A stretch of DNA of 64,000 bases from Opitutales bacterium. GTDB taxonomy: Bacteria; Verrucomicrobiota; Verrucomicrobiia; Opitutales; UBA2987. Under the pieces are notes generated by a model. The model was not told the DNA's origin. It searched no databases and saw only the letters and a list, made by a program, of their open reading frames with translations. A program made the position numbers and the translations under genes. Numbering within the stretch: the first letter of the stretch is position 1; each line of letters starts with the position of its first letter. The stretch covers positions 384,001 to 448,000 of the forward strand of contig CBDDEL010000015.1 of the NCBI GenBank assembly GCA_965226885.1. Direction: 5' to 3'. This document shows, piece after piece, positions 51,256 through 60,366 of the stretch.

Positions 51256-52119
51256 TTAGCCAAAGACGGGCACGCAGGTGCCCGCAAGCTGTATTGGCGG
51301 GGAGGTTGGTTTTGCTCCGATTGCATGGACTTCGGCCGGGGTCCGGTAGCCCAGGGCTTGGTGGGGGCGCAGGTGGTTGTAGAAGTCCAGGTAGCGGGCT
51401 ATCCCTTCGCTGGCTTCCTTTGCCGTGGCGTATTCGCGCAGGTAAATGTCTTCATACTTGAGGGTTCTCCAAAAGCGTTCAACAAATATGTTGTCCAGGT
51501 AGCGGCCACGCCCGTCCATGCTGATGCGCACCCCGGCTTGCCCCAGCACCGAGGTGAACTCGCTGCCGGTAAACTGGCTGCCTTGATCGGTGTTGAAGAT
51601 TTGAGGTTGGGCCCGCCTCAGAGCTTCCTCCAGGGCGAGCACACAGAAGCGGCTCTCCAGGGTGTTGGAAAGCTGCCAGCTCAACACGTAGCGGCTGAAC
51701 CAGTCCAACACCACGGTCAAGAAAAGGAATCCTCGGCTCAGCCGCAGGTAAGTGATGTCGCTGCACCATACCTGGTCGGGCCGCTCGACCGCCAAACCCC
51801 GCAGCAGATAAGGGAAAATGCGGTGCTGCCGGTGCCCCTGGCTCAAGTTTCGACGCGGATAAATAGCCTCCAGGCCCATTTGGCGCATGAGCCGCTGGAT
51901 GCGGCCTCGTCCCACTGCATGGCCCTCTCGACGCAGCCACTGGGTCATCCGGCGAGAACCAAAAAACGGATATTGGGTGTAGAGCTCATCCATGCGATGC
52001 ATGTAGAGAACGTTCTGCTCGCACTGGGCACGGGCCCGATAGTAATAGCTGCCGCGGGCCAGCCCCAGCAACTGACATTGCCTGCCGATACTGATTTTTC
52101 CTTGAAGTGGTTGCACCAT
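51256..52119 (-). CDS. IS3 OrfB (rve integrase core)
   Basis: WCSDITY, FNTDQGSQFT, DNIFVERFWRTLKYE. Confidence 0.95.
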   Translation of the reverse strand: MVQPLQGKISIGRQCQLLGLARGSYYYRARAQCEQNVLYMHRMDELYTQYPFFGSRRMTQWLRREGHAVGRGRIQRLMRQMGLEAIYPRRNLSQGHRQHRIFPYLLRGLAVERPDQVWCSDITYLRLSRGFLFLTVVLDWFSRYVLSWQLSNTLESRFCVLALEEALRRAQPQIFNTDQGSQFTGSEFTSVLGQAGVRISMDGRGRYLDNIFVERFWRTLKYEDIYLREYATAKEASEGIARYLDFYNHLRPHQALGYRTPAEVHAIGAKPTSPPIQLAGTCVPVFG

Positions 52120-52129
52120 CTTGCGCCTC

Positions 52130-52435
52130 TCACCAACCGAATTGTTCAGACTTTTTTTTTAGCCAATCGCATTCTACTTTCAGCTTTCCAATCTCCTGGT
52201 AAAGGTGATCTTTTTCCGTCTCGTTGTCCTTGCTGAGAGTCTGCCGCTGGCGCGAAAACAGCTCCGTTGCTCCCTGCAAAAGCTGCTTCTTCCATTGGGT
52301 CACCTGGTTGGGATGCACCTCAAAACGACCGGCGATCTCGTTGATGGTATGAGCGCCCCTGATGGCTTCCAGGGCCACTCGGGCTTTAAACTCAGCACTG
52401 TATTGTCTTCTCTTTCGTGATTTAATAACATTCAT
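52130..52435 (-). CDS. IS3 OrfA (HTH)
   Basis: RRQYSAEFKARVALEA...VHPNQVTQWKKQ...LYQEIGKLKVECDWLKKK. Confidence 0.93.
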   Translation of the reverse strand: MNVIKSRKRRQYSAEFKARVALEAIRGAHTINEIAGRFEVHPNQVTQWKKQLLQGATELFSRQRQTLSKDNETEKDHLYQEIGKLKVECDWLKKKSEQFGW

Positions 52436-54766
52436 AGGTTAGCGGATTTAGTGGTTCAAGACCACCTTATTCCACTGTCCAGTTTTCCCCGTCCATTTCA
52501 GAGTGAGTCTTTATGGGGTGTTTTCTTTTCAATTTCGCGCAAATACACGGAAAGAGGCGGTGATTGGTTCCGCGAGTCAGTCTCCAGCTATTTTGACTCC
52601 CTCCACTCCCTGTATAATCTACAATAATCTACAATACCAAACCCGCGGAAATACTCTCACTTAAAGTGGTAGCAAAGATGGGGTCCGATCAAAACGCCCT
52701 TTCCTTCCTGTCCCTGCCAAACGTTAGCACACACCATCCCCATTGCCAAGGCAGAGACCAGGCAGGGAGGCACGATTGAACCATTGGTTCGCTGCTTCTT
52801 TGCCCCGTTATTTTTGCCGGCGCGGGATTATCTAGAAAATTTAAAACCTGAGTCTAAACCGACCGGAGAGCCTCTTTGATCGGGGTATTGCCATCCAGCA
52901 GGCTGAAACACTTGCCAACGGTGTTTTCGAGACCCAGACACATCACCAGCGTGGTGGCGAGATTATCCCGCGAAGTCTTTCCAGCGCCTTTCAACTCAGG
53001 GCTGACCATCACATTACCTGTGCCCGGATCGTCGGTCAGCCCGCCCGGGCAAATAATCGTGTAATCCAGATCGGTCTGACGCAGGTGGTTGTCTGCGTGC
53101 GCCTTGGCTTTGTGATAATGAGCGATGCGTGATTGACTATTAACGTCCGCATCGATCGAGCTGAGCATAATGAACCGTTTTACACCATGTACTTGGGCCG
53201 TTACCATTGCCCGAATGGCGCCGATGTGGTCAATCAGCACTGTTTTATCCTTTCCGGTATGCCCGCCGGAGCCGGCAGCAAAAATAATCGCGTCGCAGCC
53301 TTTAGCCCGGATATTTCATGAAGGGTAAAGTTTGGCTCGTTATTGCTATTGGAGATGGATTTCTTTGTATTTTGAGCAGATCGTCTTGATTTTTAGGTGT
53401 TTTTCAGGGTGTAGAGACACTGCCCCCTTTCCCCCATTGGTTCGGTAGTGCCGGGGGCAGCACCAATGCACCCTTTAGGTTGGCACCAATCGGCGGGCCG
53501 CATGGTTGAAAAGACTGGCCCAAGGATAACTCTCACTTAGGTGAAAGTGAATCGTTCGGGTGTTGCGCACGATGACCGCTCCGATCTTGATTAATTTGAG
53601 CCGCAGGGTGTGGCATTGGGCCCGCGCCCACTTCGTCCCTTTTAAGGCTAACCGGCGCATGGCTTCCATCAAGGTGTAGGCCAGCGCCGACAAGAGCAAT
53701 CGCCACTGATTGGCCCACCATTGATGGGCGCTGGTGCGCTCGCTGAACAATTGCATCTGTTCCTTGATTCGGTTCTCCATTTCACCGCGGCCACAGTATA
53801 CCTTGTCGTAAAGCTCCTGGGGATCGCCCGGCAGGTTCGTCACCACGAAGCGCGGGTTGGACCCCTGTGCGGTGTGTTCGGCTTTATGGATGACCAACCG
53901 CAGCCATCGCCACGAATCGGCAGCATAGACGAAGTCCTGGAATAACCGTTGTTTTTTACCCCTTAGTTCGAACCATTCTTTGGCCTGCTTTTGCAACTGC
54001 TGGGCGTCTTGCTGCAAGCGTGCATTGCGAGCCATCCCCACGATGTAACTAACTTCGTTGCGGTCGCACCAAGAGAGTATCCGGTCTCGACAAAATCCAC
54101 TGTCGGCGCGCCAAATAATCCGCGTACGGGGCCAGCTTTGGCGCATCCGTTTAACCAGCAATTTGAGGATGGCCCCGGCATGCTTGCTGGCATCGATCTT
54201 GCTCGGCCGCAGGTAGGCCACCAGCAGCTGATCACCGCAAAAAACATATAGCGGCAGAAAACAGTAATGATCATAATAACCGTGGAAAAAACGTCCCTCC
54301 TGGAGCCCGTGCACCGGATTGTCGGTGGCGTCAAAGTCCAGGATGATCTCTTCGGGTTCCTCGGCAAAGGAGCCCATGAACTGTTCGACCAACAGCTCGT
54401 TTACCGCAAAGGCCGCCCGCCGATCCTGCCCGTTTTCAAAACGACACAAAGTCGGCGCGCTGGCCAACGTTTCAATGCGCCCCGTTACCGTTTGCAACAA
54501 TGGATCGTGGCGCAGGGTATCAAAGTCGTTCAAATCCTCATAGCCCGCCACCAGCCCGTAAACGCGCTGCCGCAGCATCCCCAATACCTCATGGCGTACT
54601 TTGCCCTTCTGCCGTTTGTCCACTAACTGTCGGGCCGCTCGTTCGGTCAAGCCCAACTGCCGATCCACTTCCCGGATCAAAAGCAGTCCGGCATCCGAAG
54701 TAACCTCTCCGCCCTTGAAATCAACCCGCACACGGCGGCCTGGCGGCCTTTTACCCTTGTCAACTG

Positions 54767-55581
54767 GGTAGTGTATAAAAAAAGAATGTTATTTTGTATT
54801 TTTAGCTGTACAAATAGCGTTAGGCAGTTTATTCTTAGTGCATGGTTACTAAAATTATTAATTGTCGGCACTGTGGAAGTGAAAATATCATTAAATTTGG
54901 CAAGACGCCCAACCATAAACAGCGCTACCGCTGCCATGATTGTGGTAAACAAAGCCGCGAAAACCCCACAGTGAAATACACCGAAGAGCAAAAAGAAATG
55001 ATCCTTCGAGTCTATCAGGAACGCAGCAGTCTACGCGGTTTACAGCGCGCCTTCGGGGTGAGTCCCAACACCGTTTTGAGTTGGTTAAAAAAAACGACAA
55101 TCGCTGCGACCGCTCAAAAGCACGATTCTTGCGGCCCGCCGCCATGATGTCATTGAACTGGACGAACTGTGGTCTTCTGTGGGGCGCAAGAGCGATGCCC
55201 AATGGGTTTGGATCGCTCTTTGCCGACGCACCCGTCAAATGCACCCGTCAAATCCTCTCCTATGCCATTGGGCCTCGGGATTGGTATCGTTGCCGGGAAC
55301 TTTACGAGCGTCTGCCACGGGCCTACAAAAGATGTGCCACCTACAGCGACTTTTGGAGCACTTATGATGAAGTCTTTCCTCATAACCGATCCGTGGGAAA
55401 AGAAACCGGTGAAACGGCCCATGTGGAACGATGGAACAATACCCTGCGCCAACGACTGGGTCGTTTCACACGCAAAACCCTCTCCTTTTCCAAGCTTAAG
55501 AGTATGCATGAAACCTGTCTGAGACTTTTCATTCATCAATATAATCAAGAATTAGCCACCATTCCTACTTAATACACTACC
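54767..55581 (+). mobile_element. IS1-family element, copy A (815 bp; insB frameshifted by a 13-bp duplication)
   Basis: GGTAGTGTAT / ATACACTACC ends; 8-bp TSD GTCAACTG; gcacccgtcaaat x2 at 55228-55253. Confidence 0.93.
54842..55147 (+). CDS. insA: IS1 InsA (zinc ribbon + HTH)
   Basis: CRHCGS...QRYRCHDCG. Confidence 0.85.
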   Translation: MVTKIINCRHCGSENIIKFGKTPNHKQRYRCHDCGKQSRENPTVKYTEEQKEMILRVYQERSSLRGLQRAFGVSPNTVLSWLKKTTIAATAQKHDSCGPPP

Positions 55582-56173
55582 GTCAACTGTAGCTTTAATT
55601 GTTTACCTTTTGTCATCGCTGATATTGCTTTAATTATTGATCTATCCTGCTGTATATCAGCAGTTAAGCATATCAACGATACTTTTTTTACGAAATATCC
55701 GGGTTAGCCGCATGATCGATGGGATACTCAAGATCGGCCAGAACCGTCGGCACACCCATATCGTCGAACTTAGCCCGTTGGGCCGTATTTCGAATCATTG
55801 CCAGCGGTTCATGCTGACCACTCTTTAATTTCCGCACCACACGTGTTGCCGTGTTTCCATTTGCGCCTATGACCAGTACTTTCATAGCTCTCTCTTTCTT
55901 TTTTTCGAATTACATAAATTAAATTGGCTGCCAGCCTGCTTTGCCATCCGCCAGATTTAAGTGAAGGATCTTCTGACTGTCGGGATTATGCCACGCCTGG
56001 ATTTTGAAAGGGATCATGCCGCGACTTTTTGAATTAACTTTTTAAGTTTCACTATTGTCGAAAAATAACAGTTTAACCGAGATTTCCCATACAAACTTTC
56101 ATAATCGTTGAATAAACCGGTTACCTGTGCTATATATTCCATCATCTTAACCCCTGAACTACACCCAGCAACC

Positions 56174-56521
56174 ATGATCAGTATTTACAAACCGGGTGCC
56201 GGCAGCGAACCGTCGCGGTTGTTTTCCCCCGGCGACATTGTTAAGCACAAACGCTACCATTACCGTGGGGTCGTTGTCGAATTCAATCTGGTCTGCCAGG
56301 CGGGTGAGAGCTGGTACCAGTCCAACCAGACGCAGCCCGATCGCGACCAGCCCTGGTACCGTGTGCTTGTGGACGGCAATTCCGCGACGACTTACGCGGC
56401 CCAGAGCAGTCTCGAACCCGACGATTTCGATGCCCCCGTCGACCACCCCCTTGTCGAGGCCTTTTTTGCAGGTTTCATGGACGGCGTCTACGTCCGCAAT
56501 GACACCCCGTGCCCGACGTAA
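56174..56521 (+). CDS. hspQ: Heat shock protein HspQ (YccV-like)
   Basis: FSPGDIVKHKRYHYRGVVV, QPWYRVLVD, TTYAAQSSL, HP. Confidence 0.85.
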   Translation: MISIYKPGAGSEPSRLFSPGDIVKHKRYHYRGVVVEFNLVCQAGESWYQSNQTQPDRDQPWYRVLVDGNSATTYAAQSSLEPDDFDAPVDHPLVEAFFAGFMDGVYVRNDTPCPT

Positions 56522-56671
56522 CAGTCTGGATAGGAACACGGAAACTGGGTATTATTTCATTGCAGGTAATCGTCAGAGCCTCGAGGGGAAGCAAAGGCCT
56601 TTGGTTGGGCTAGCCTTTCGGGTATGTCTAAATTTGCATCCGCCACGCACGGCGTCGCCGAAATCTACGTA

Positions 56672-56971
56672 TCAACGAGCGTCCGGATTAACGCAACTCG
56701 GCCCCAGGAGGGGCTTCTTGGTTTCGTTGATCATCGGATAATTCTCTGCTTCCTCATTTTTCTCGATCCACTCCTCGTATTCATCCGGAACCTCGGAATC
56801 CTGGAAGATGGCGTCCACCGGGCATTCAGGCACACAGAGATCGCAATCGATGCAGGTATCCGGATTGATGTAGAGACGGTCGGGCGCTTCATGAAACGCC
56901 TCAACAGGACAAACTTCAGCACAATCAGTGTACTTGCAATCGACGCATAGTCCCGTAACAACGTAAGTCAC
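56672..56971 (-). CDS. fdxA: Dicluster ferredoxin (FdxA-like)
   Basis: (M)TYVVTGLCVDCKYTDCAEVCP...CIDCDLCVPECPVDAI; GTG start. Confidence 0.88.
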   Translation of the reverse strand: MTYVVTGLCVDCKYTDCAEVCPVEAFHEAPDRLYINPDTCIDCDLCVPECPVDAIFQDSEVPDEYEEWIEKNEEAENYPMINETKKPLLGPSCVNPDAR

Positions 56972-56994
56972 AGGTGGTTGGTGGTCCTTAGTTA

Positions 56995-58815
56995 GAGGCT
57001 GTCTCAAAAGGGTGATTTTTGCGAGGGCTTTTGATAGGCGCTCATTTTAGAGGTATTTGCATTTGGGAGAGTATCAACTTTGCTCTCCTATGACGTTAGG
57101 ATACTGGTTTTGGGGTCCGGTTGCCTGGTTTTCTTTGTATGAGCCGACAGTAAGGCTGTGAAAAAGTATTGTCCTTGCTTTTCCGCTCTCTAGGCCGCCG
57201 CTTTGGTTTTTAGTTCGTCTTGCTGGGCCAGCATCTTGGCTACTTTCCATAGGTTGTGCGAGAGTACCGACCAGGCTACGCTGATCGAGCGGTTGGCAAA
57301 GCCTTTGCTGCGCAACCGCCCGGCCTGCCAGCGATTCTTCAATACCCCGATCCGCCCTTCGGTGCTGGCCCGGCGCTTTTGCAATTGTCTGAACAGTGGT
57401 TCCTCCATCCGTTTTTTCAACTGCTTCGGATCGCGTGGACAGAGCGCGTCATAGATTCCCTCCTGGGCTAACTGCCGGCGGGCCCGCTGGGAGGCAAATC
57501 CCCGGTCCGCGCACATGGCCGCTATGGGTTCTTCCAGGTTGAAGCGGTTCTGTCTTTGCAAACTCTCTTGCATTTGTTCATTTTCGCTTGGAGTTCGGCT
57601 GCCGTAGAGTTTCCAGTCCAGCAGGTACCCTTCAACGCTTTCTCCCAAAAACAGGGTGTTGCCGAACTCGACCTCTTGGCCCGCTTTACCTCGCACAATC
57701 ACCTGCCCATCGAGTTCGTAAACACTCAAGACTTTCTCTGCGTTTTTCACCTGGCGGCCGCCAATGATCCGCTCGTGCGCCTGTTTGATGACCACCGGGA
57801 TTTGCTCGCTCATGCGCTCCATCCGGGCGAGGATCTGTTGGACCTGTTTTTCGCTGTAATCGCTTTGCTCCCAGCAGGCTTGCAATAATTCCCGGTGACT
57901 GCGGGCATGCTCCCCGATCCGTTTGAGCAGCTTTTTCATCTGCCTCAAGATACCCTTGCGCTGCCGCGCGCTGTCCTTTCGCCGCCGGCTGTGGGTCATC
58001 TGTATGCACAGCCGATTCATCTGCCGAGCCAAGGGCTCCGGTTCGATCGGCATGCGATGGCGCAAACCGGCCTTCTCGCGGATCAGCCGGATCGCTTTGA
58101 GCAACGTGCCGGCTACATCCTTGAGTAATACCCAGTCCGTCGGCCAATGAATGTTAGCCTCCAAACAGGTGCCGTCGATCAGGCAAATGGTGGTGTCAAT
58201 CGGCTTGTCCAATCCCACCTGCCGGGCCAGAAGGGCATCGCCCACCACCTCAGTCAAGGTCCGGTGCAAGGCCCTCAACTGCTCTTCGCTGAAAAACTTC
58301 GAGGCCCGCTCCAGGGTGCTTTTGGAGATGCCCCTGATGCCATCGATCTGCCGGACACGGCAAAAGTCGGCCAACAGATCGCTGCTGCCCAGAGCCCGCG
58401 ACAAATGCCGAAACGAAATCCCTCCGAGCAGACGGCCCAGCGTATCCATGCGCAGTGAGTGCCTTGATGGCAAAACTGGCCCGCTGCCGCCGGGCCTTTA
58501 GACCCATTGGCGGCCACCCCTCCAAGGCCAGCTCAATGGCCTGCGATTCCACCTCCGAGTCGATCAGCAGCCGATCGATTCGATCAATGGTGGCGCGGAA
58601 GTTATCGTAATCGAGGCACCGGTCGACCACAGTTAAAGCTGGACGCAGGAGGCATTGGATGGCTATATTTTTCATAGAAAGGGCTATATTGATTTTCGCT
58701 AACTCAATTATAGAACCCTTTTTTGGCCGGATCGAGCAAAAACTTGCTCTTTCCGGCTCTTTTTATCAACGTCATCCAGTTGACTATAAAATCTTTATAT
58801 TTTTGGGACAGCCTC
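56995..58815 (-). mobile_element. IS5/ISNCY-like element, copy 2 (1821 bp; transposase 57190-58675 frameshifted)
   Basis: Near-identical to 40084-41936, inverted; TAGTTA duplicated at 56989-56994 and 58816-58821; agtg x2 at 58454-58461 breaks the ORF. Confidence 0.93.
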
Positions 58816-58884
58816 TAGTTACATTTAAATCAGAAAAACCGGATCGCCTGGGACTGCATCCGGGTTATTTCCATAATTCTAACT

Positions 58885-59193
58885 CTAAACTTCGATTTCA
58901 ACGTCTTCGTTCGTCACGCGAACGTTGTAACTGGAAACATGAGCTGCCGCCGGTAGGCAAAGCACCTTGCCTGTTTTTATATTAAAGGTTGCTCCATGCC
59001 AGGGGCATTCGACTTCATCATTTTCAATCAGGCCCTCCGAGAGTGGACCGCCCGCATGGGTACAATTGTTATCGATCGCGTAAAATTCTCCTTCGAGGTT
59101 AAAGAGGGCGAGTTCCTTTCCTTCGACTTCGATCATTATAGCTGATTTGTCAGCTACGTCTGATTTTCTAGCAATTTTAATAAATCTCGACAT
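58885..59193 (-). CDS. Rieske-type [2Fe-2S] ferredoxin
   Basis: CTHAGGPL...CPWHG. Confidence 0.92.
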   Translation of the reverse strand: MSRFIKIARKSDVADKSAIMIEVEGKELALFNLEGEFYAIDNNCTHAGGPLSEGLIENDEVECPWHGATFNIKTGKVLCLPAAAHVSSYNVRVTNEDVEIEV

Positions 59194-59361
59194 TGCCACT
59201 TGGATCTTGAATCTCGCCAACCATAGAAATTTGCTGGGCTTGCGCTGACTTAATTATTCAGTGGACCATCGCTTGTCAAATCGAACAGTAACTTTTTCTT
59301 TTTCCCGGTCGAAAACAGGAATCCCTGGCCCTGGATTTTCTAGTAGGAATATTCTCCCAGC

Positions 59362-60163
59362 GGTAGTGTATAAAAAAAGAATGTTATTTTGTATTTTTAG
59401 CTGTACAAATAGCGTTAGGCAGTTTATTTTTAGTGCATGGTTACTAAAATTATTAATTGTCGGCACTGTGGAAGTGAAAATATCATTAAATTTGGCAAGA
59501 CGCCCAACCATAAACAGCGCTACCGCTGCCATGATTGTGGTAAACAAAGCCGCGAAAACCCCACAGTGAAATACACCGAAGAGCAAAAAGAAATGATCCT
59601 TCGAGTCTATCAGGAACGCAGCAGTCTACGCGGTTTACAGCGCGCCTTCGGGGTGAGTCCCAACACCGTTTTGAGTTGGTTAAAAAAAACGACAATCGCT
59701 GCGACCGCTCAAAAGCACGATTCTTGCGGCCCGCCGCCATGATGTCATTGAACTGGACGAACTGTGGTCTTTTGTGGGGCGCAAGAGCGATGCCCAATGG
59801 GTTTGGATCGCTCTTTGCCGACGCACCCGTCAAATCCTCTCCTATGCCATTGGGCCTCGGGATTGGTATCGTTGCCGGGAACTTTACGAGCGTCTGCCAC
59901 GGGCCTACAAAAGATGTGCCACCTACAGCGACTTTTGGAGCACTTATGATGAAGTCTTTCCTCATAACCGATCCGTGGGAAAAGAAACCGGTGAAACGGC
60001 CCATGTGGAACGATGGAACAATACCCTGCGCCAACGACTGGGTCGTTTCACACGCAAAACCCTCTCCTTTTCCAAGCTTAAGAGTATGCATGAAACCTGT
60101 CTGAGACTTTTCATTCATCAATATAATCAAGAATTAGCCACCATTCCTACTTAATACACTACC
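59362..60163 (+). mobile_element. IS1-family element, copy B (802 bp; insA 59437-59742, insB to 60154)
   Basis: Same ends as copy A; ELDELWSFVG, SDFWSTY, HVERWNNTLRQRLGRFTRKT; no exact TSD. Confidence 0.93.
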
Positions 60164-60366
60164 GACCAGCCTGACCTAATTGTTTTCCATCAGGCGGTAA
60201 TAATGCCACATATCATTTTGCTCCTTTACAAAAAGCACTTTTCGATCCTATTGTCGAACAAGTAATTGCGAATATTATTGAAAATTCGGAATTTTCATTT
60301 TCTGTACGTTTCAAATTTACAATTATTTCAATTGCGAATATATACCTGGCAACAAATGAAAGGAAG

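Larger units (their letters stand above)
51168..52500 (-). mobile_element. IS3-family insertion sequence (1333 bp)
   Basis: TIRs TGAAGTGGACGGGG.....TGGACA / TGAAATGGACGGGG.....TGGACA; GAG duplicated at 51165-51167 and 52501-52503. Confidence 0.93.
50970..52691. mobile_element. MITE-like element (~386 bp net) with 39-bp TIRs, carrying the IS3 insertion
   Basis: 50970-51008 versus reverse complement of 52653-52691: 37/39 identical, TG...CA ends; no clear TSD. Confidence 0.8.
53475..55616 (-). pseudogene. IS1380 transposase disrupted by IS1 and an 8-bp duplication
   Basis: FKGGEVTSDAGLLL, LDFDATD..HG.QEG, RADSGF, YCGRGEMENRIKE. Repaired N-terminus MTKGKQLKLQLTRVKGRRVRVDF (ggcggcct x2 at 54734-54749). 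Confidence 0.9.
53306..55703 (-). mobile_element. IS1380-family element (contains a nested IS1)
   Basis: 12-bp perfect TIR CCCGGATATTTC; TTAG duplicated at 53302-53305 and 55704-55707. Confidence 0.92.
52854..55885 (-). pseudogene. NAD(P)H-binding atypical SDR, split by IS1380
   Basis: MKVLVIGANGNTA...YPIDHAA (55885-55704) rejoins KGCDAIIFAAGSGGHTGKDKTVLIDHIGA (53301-52854) in frame when the IS and one TTAG are removed. Confidence 0.92.

Noticed and set aside
40084..58815. Composite transposon bounded by the two inverted IS copies
   Set aside because: Each copy has its own TSD, indicating independent insertions
54767..60163. IS1 composite transposon carrying hspQ and ferredoxins
   Set aside because: Copy A has its own 8-bp TSD inside IS1380; the outer flanks do not match
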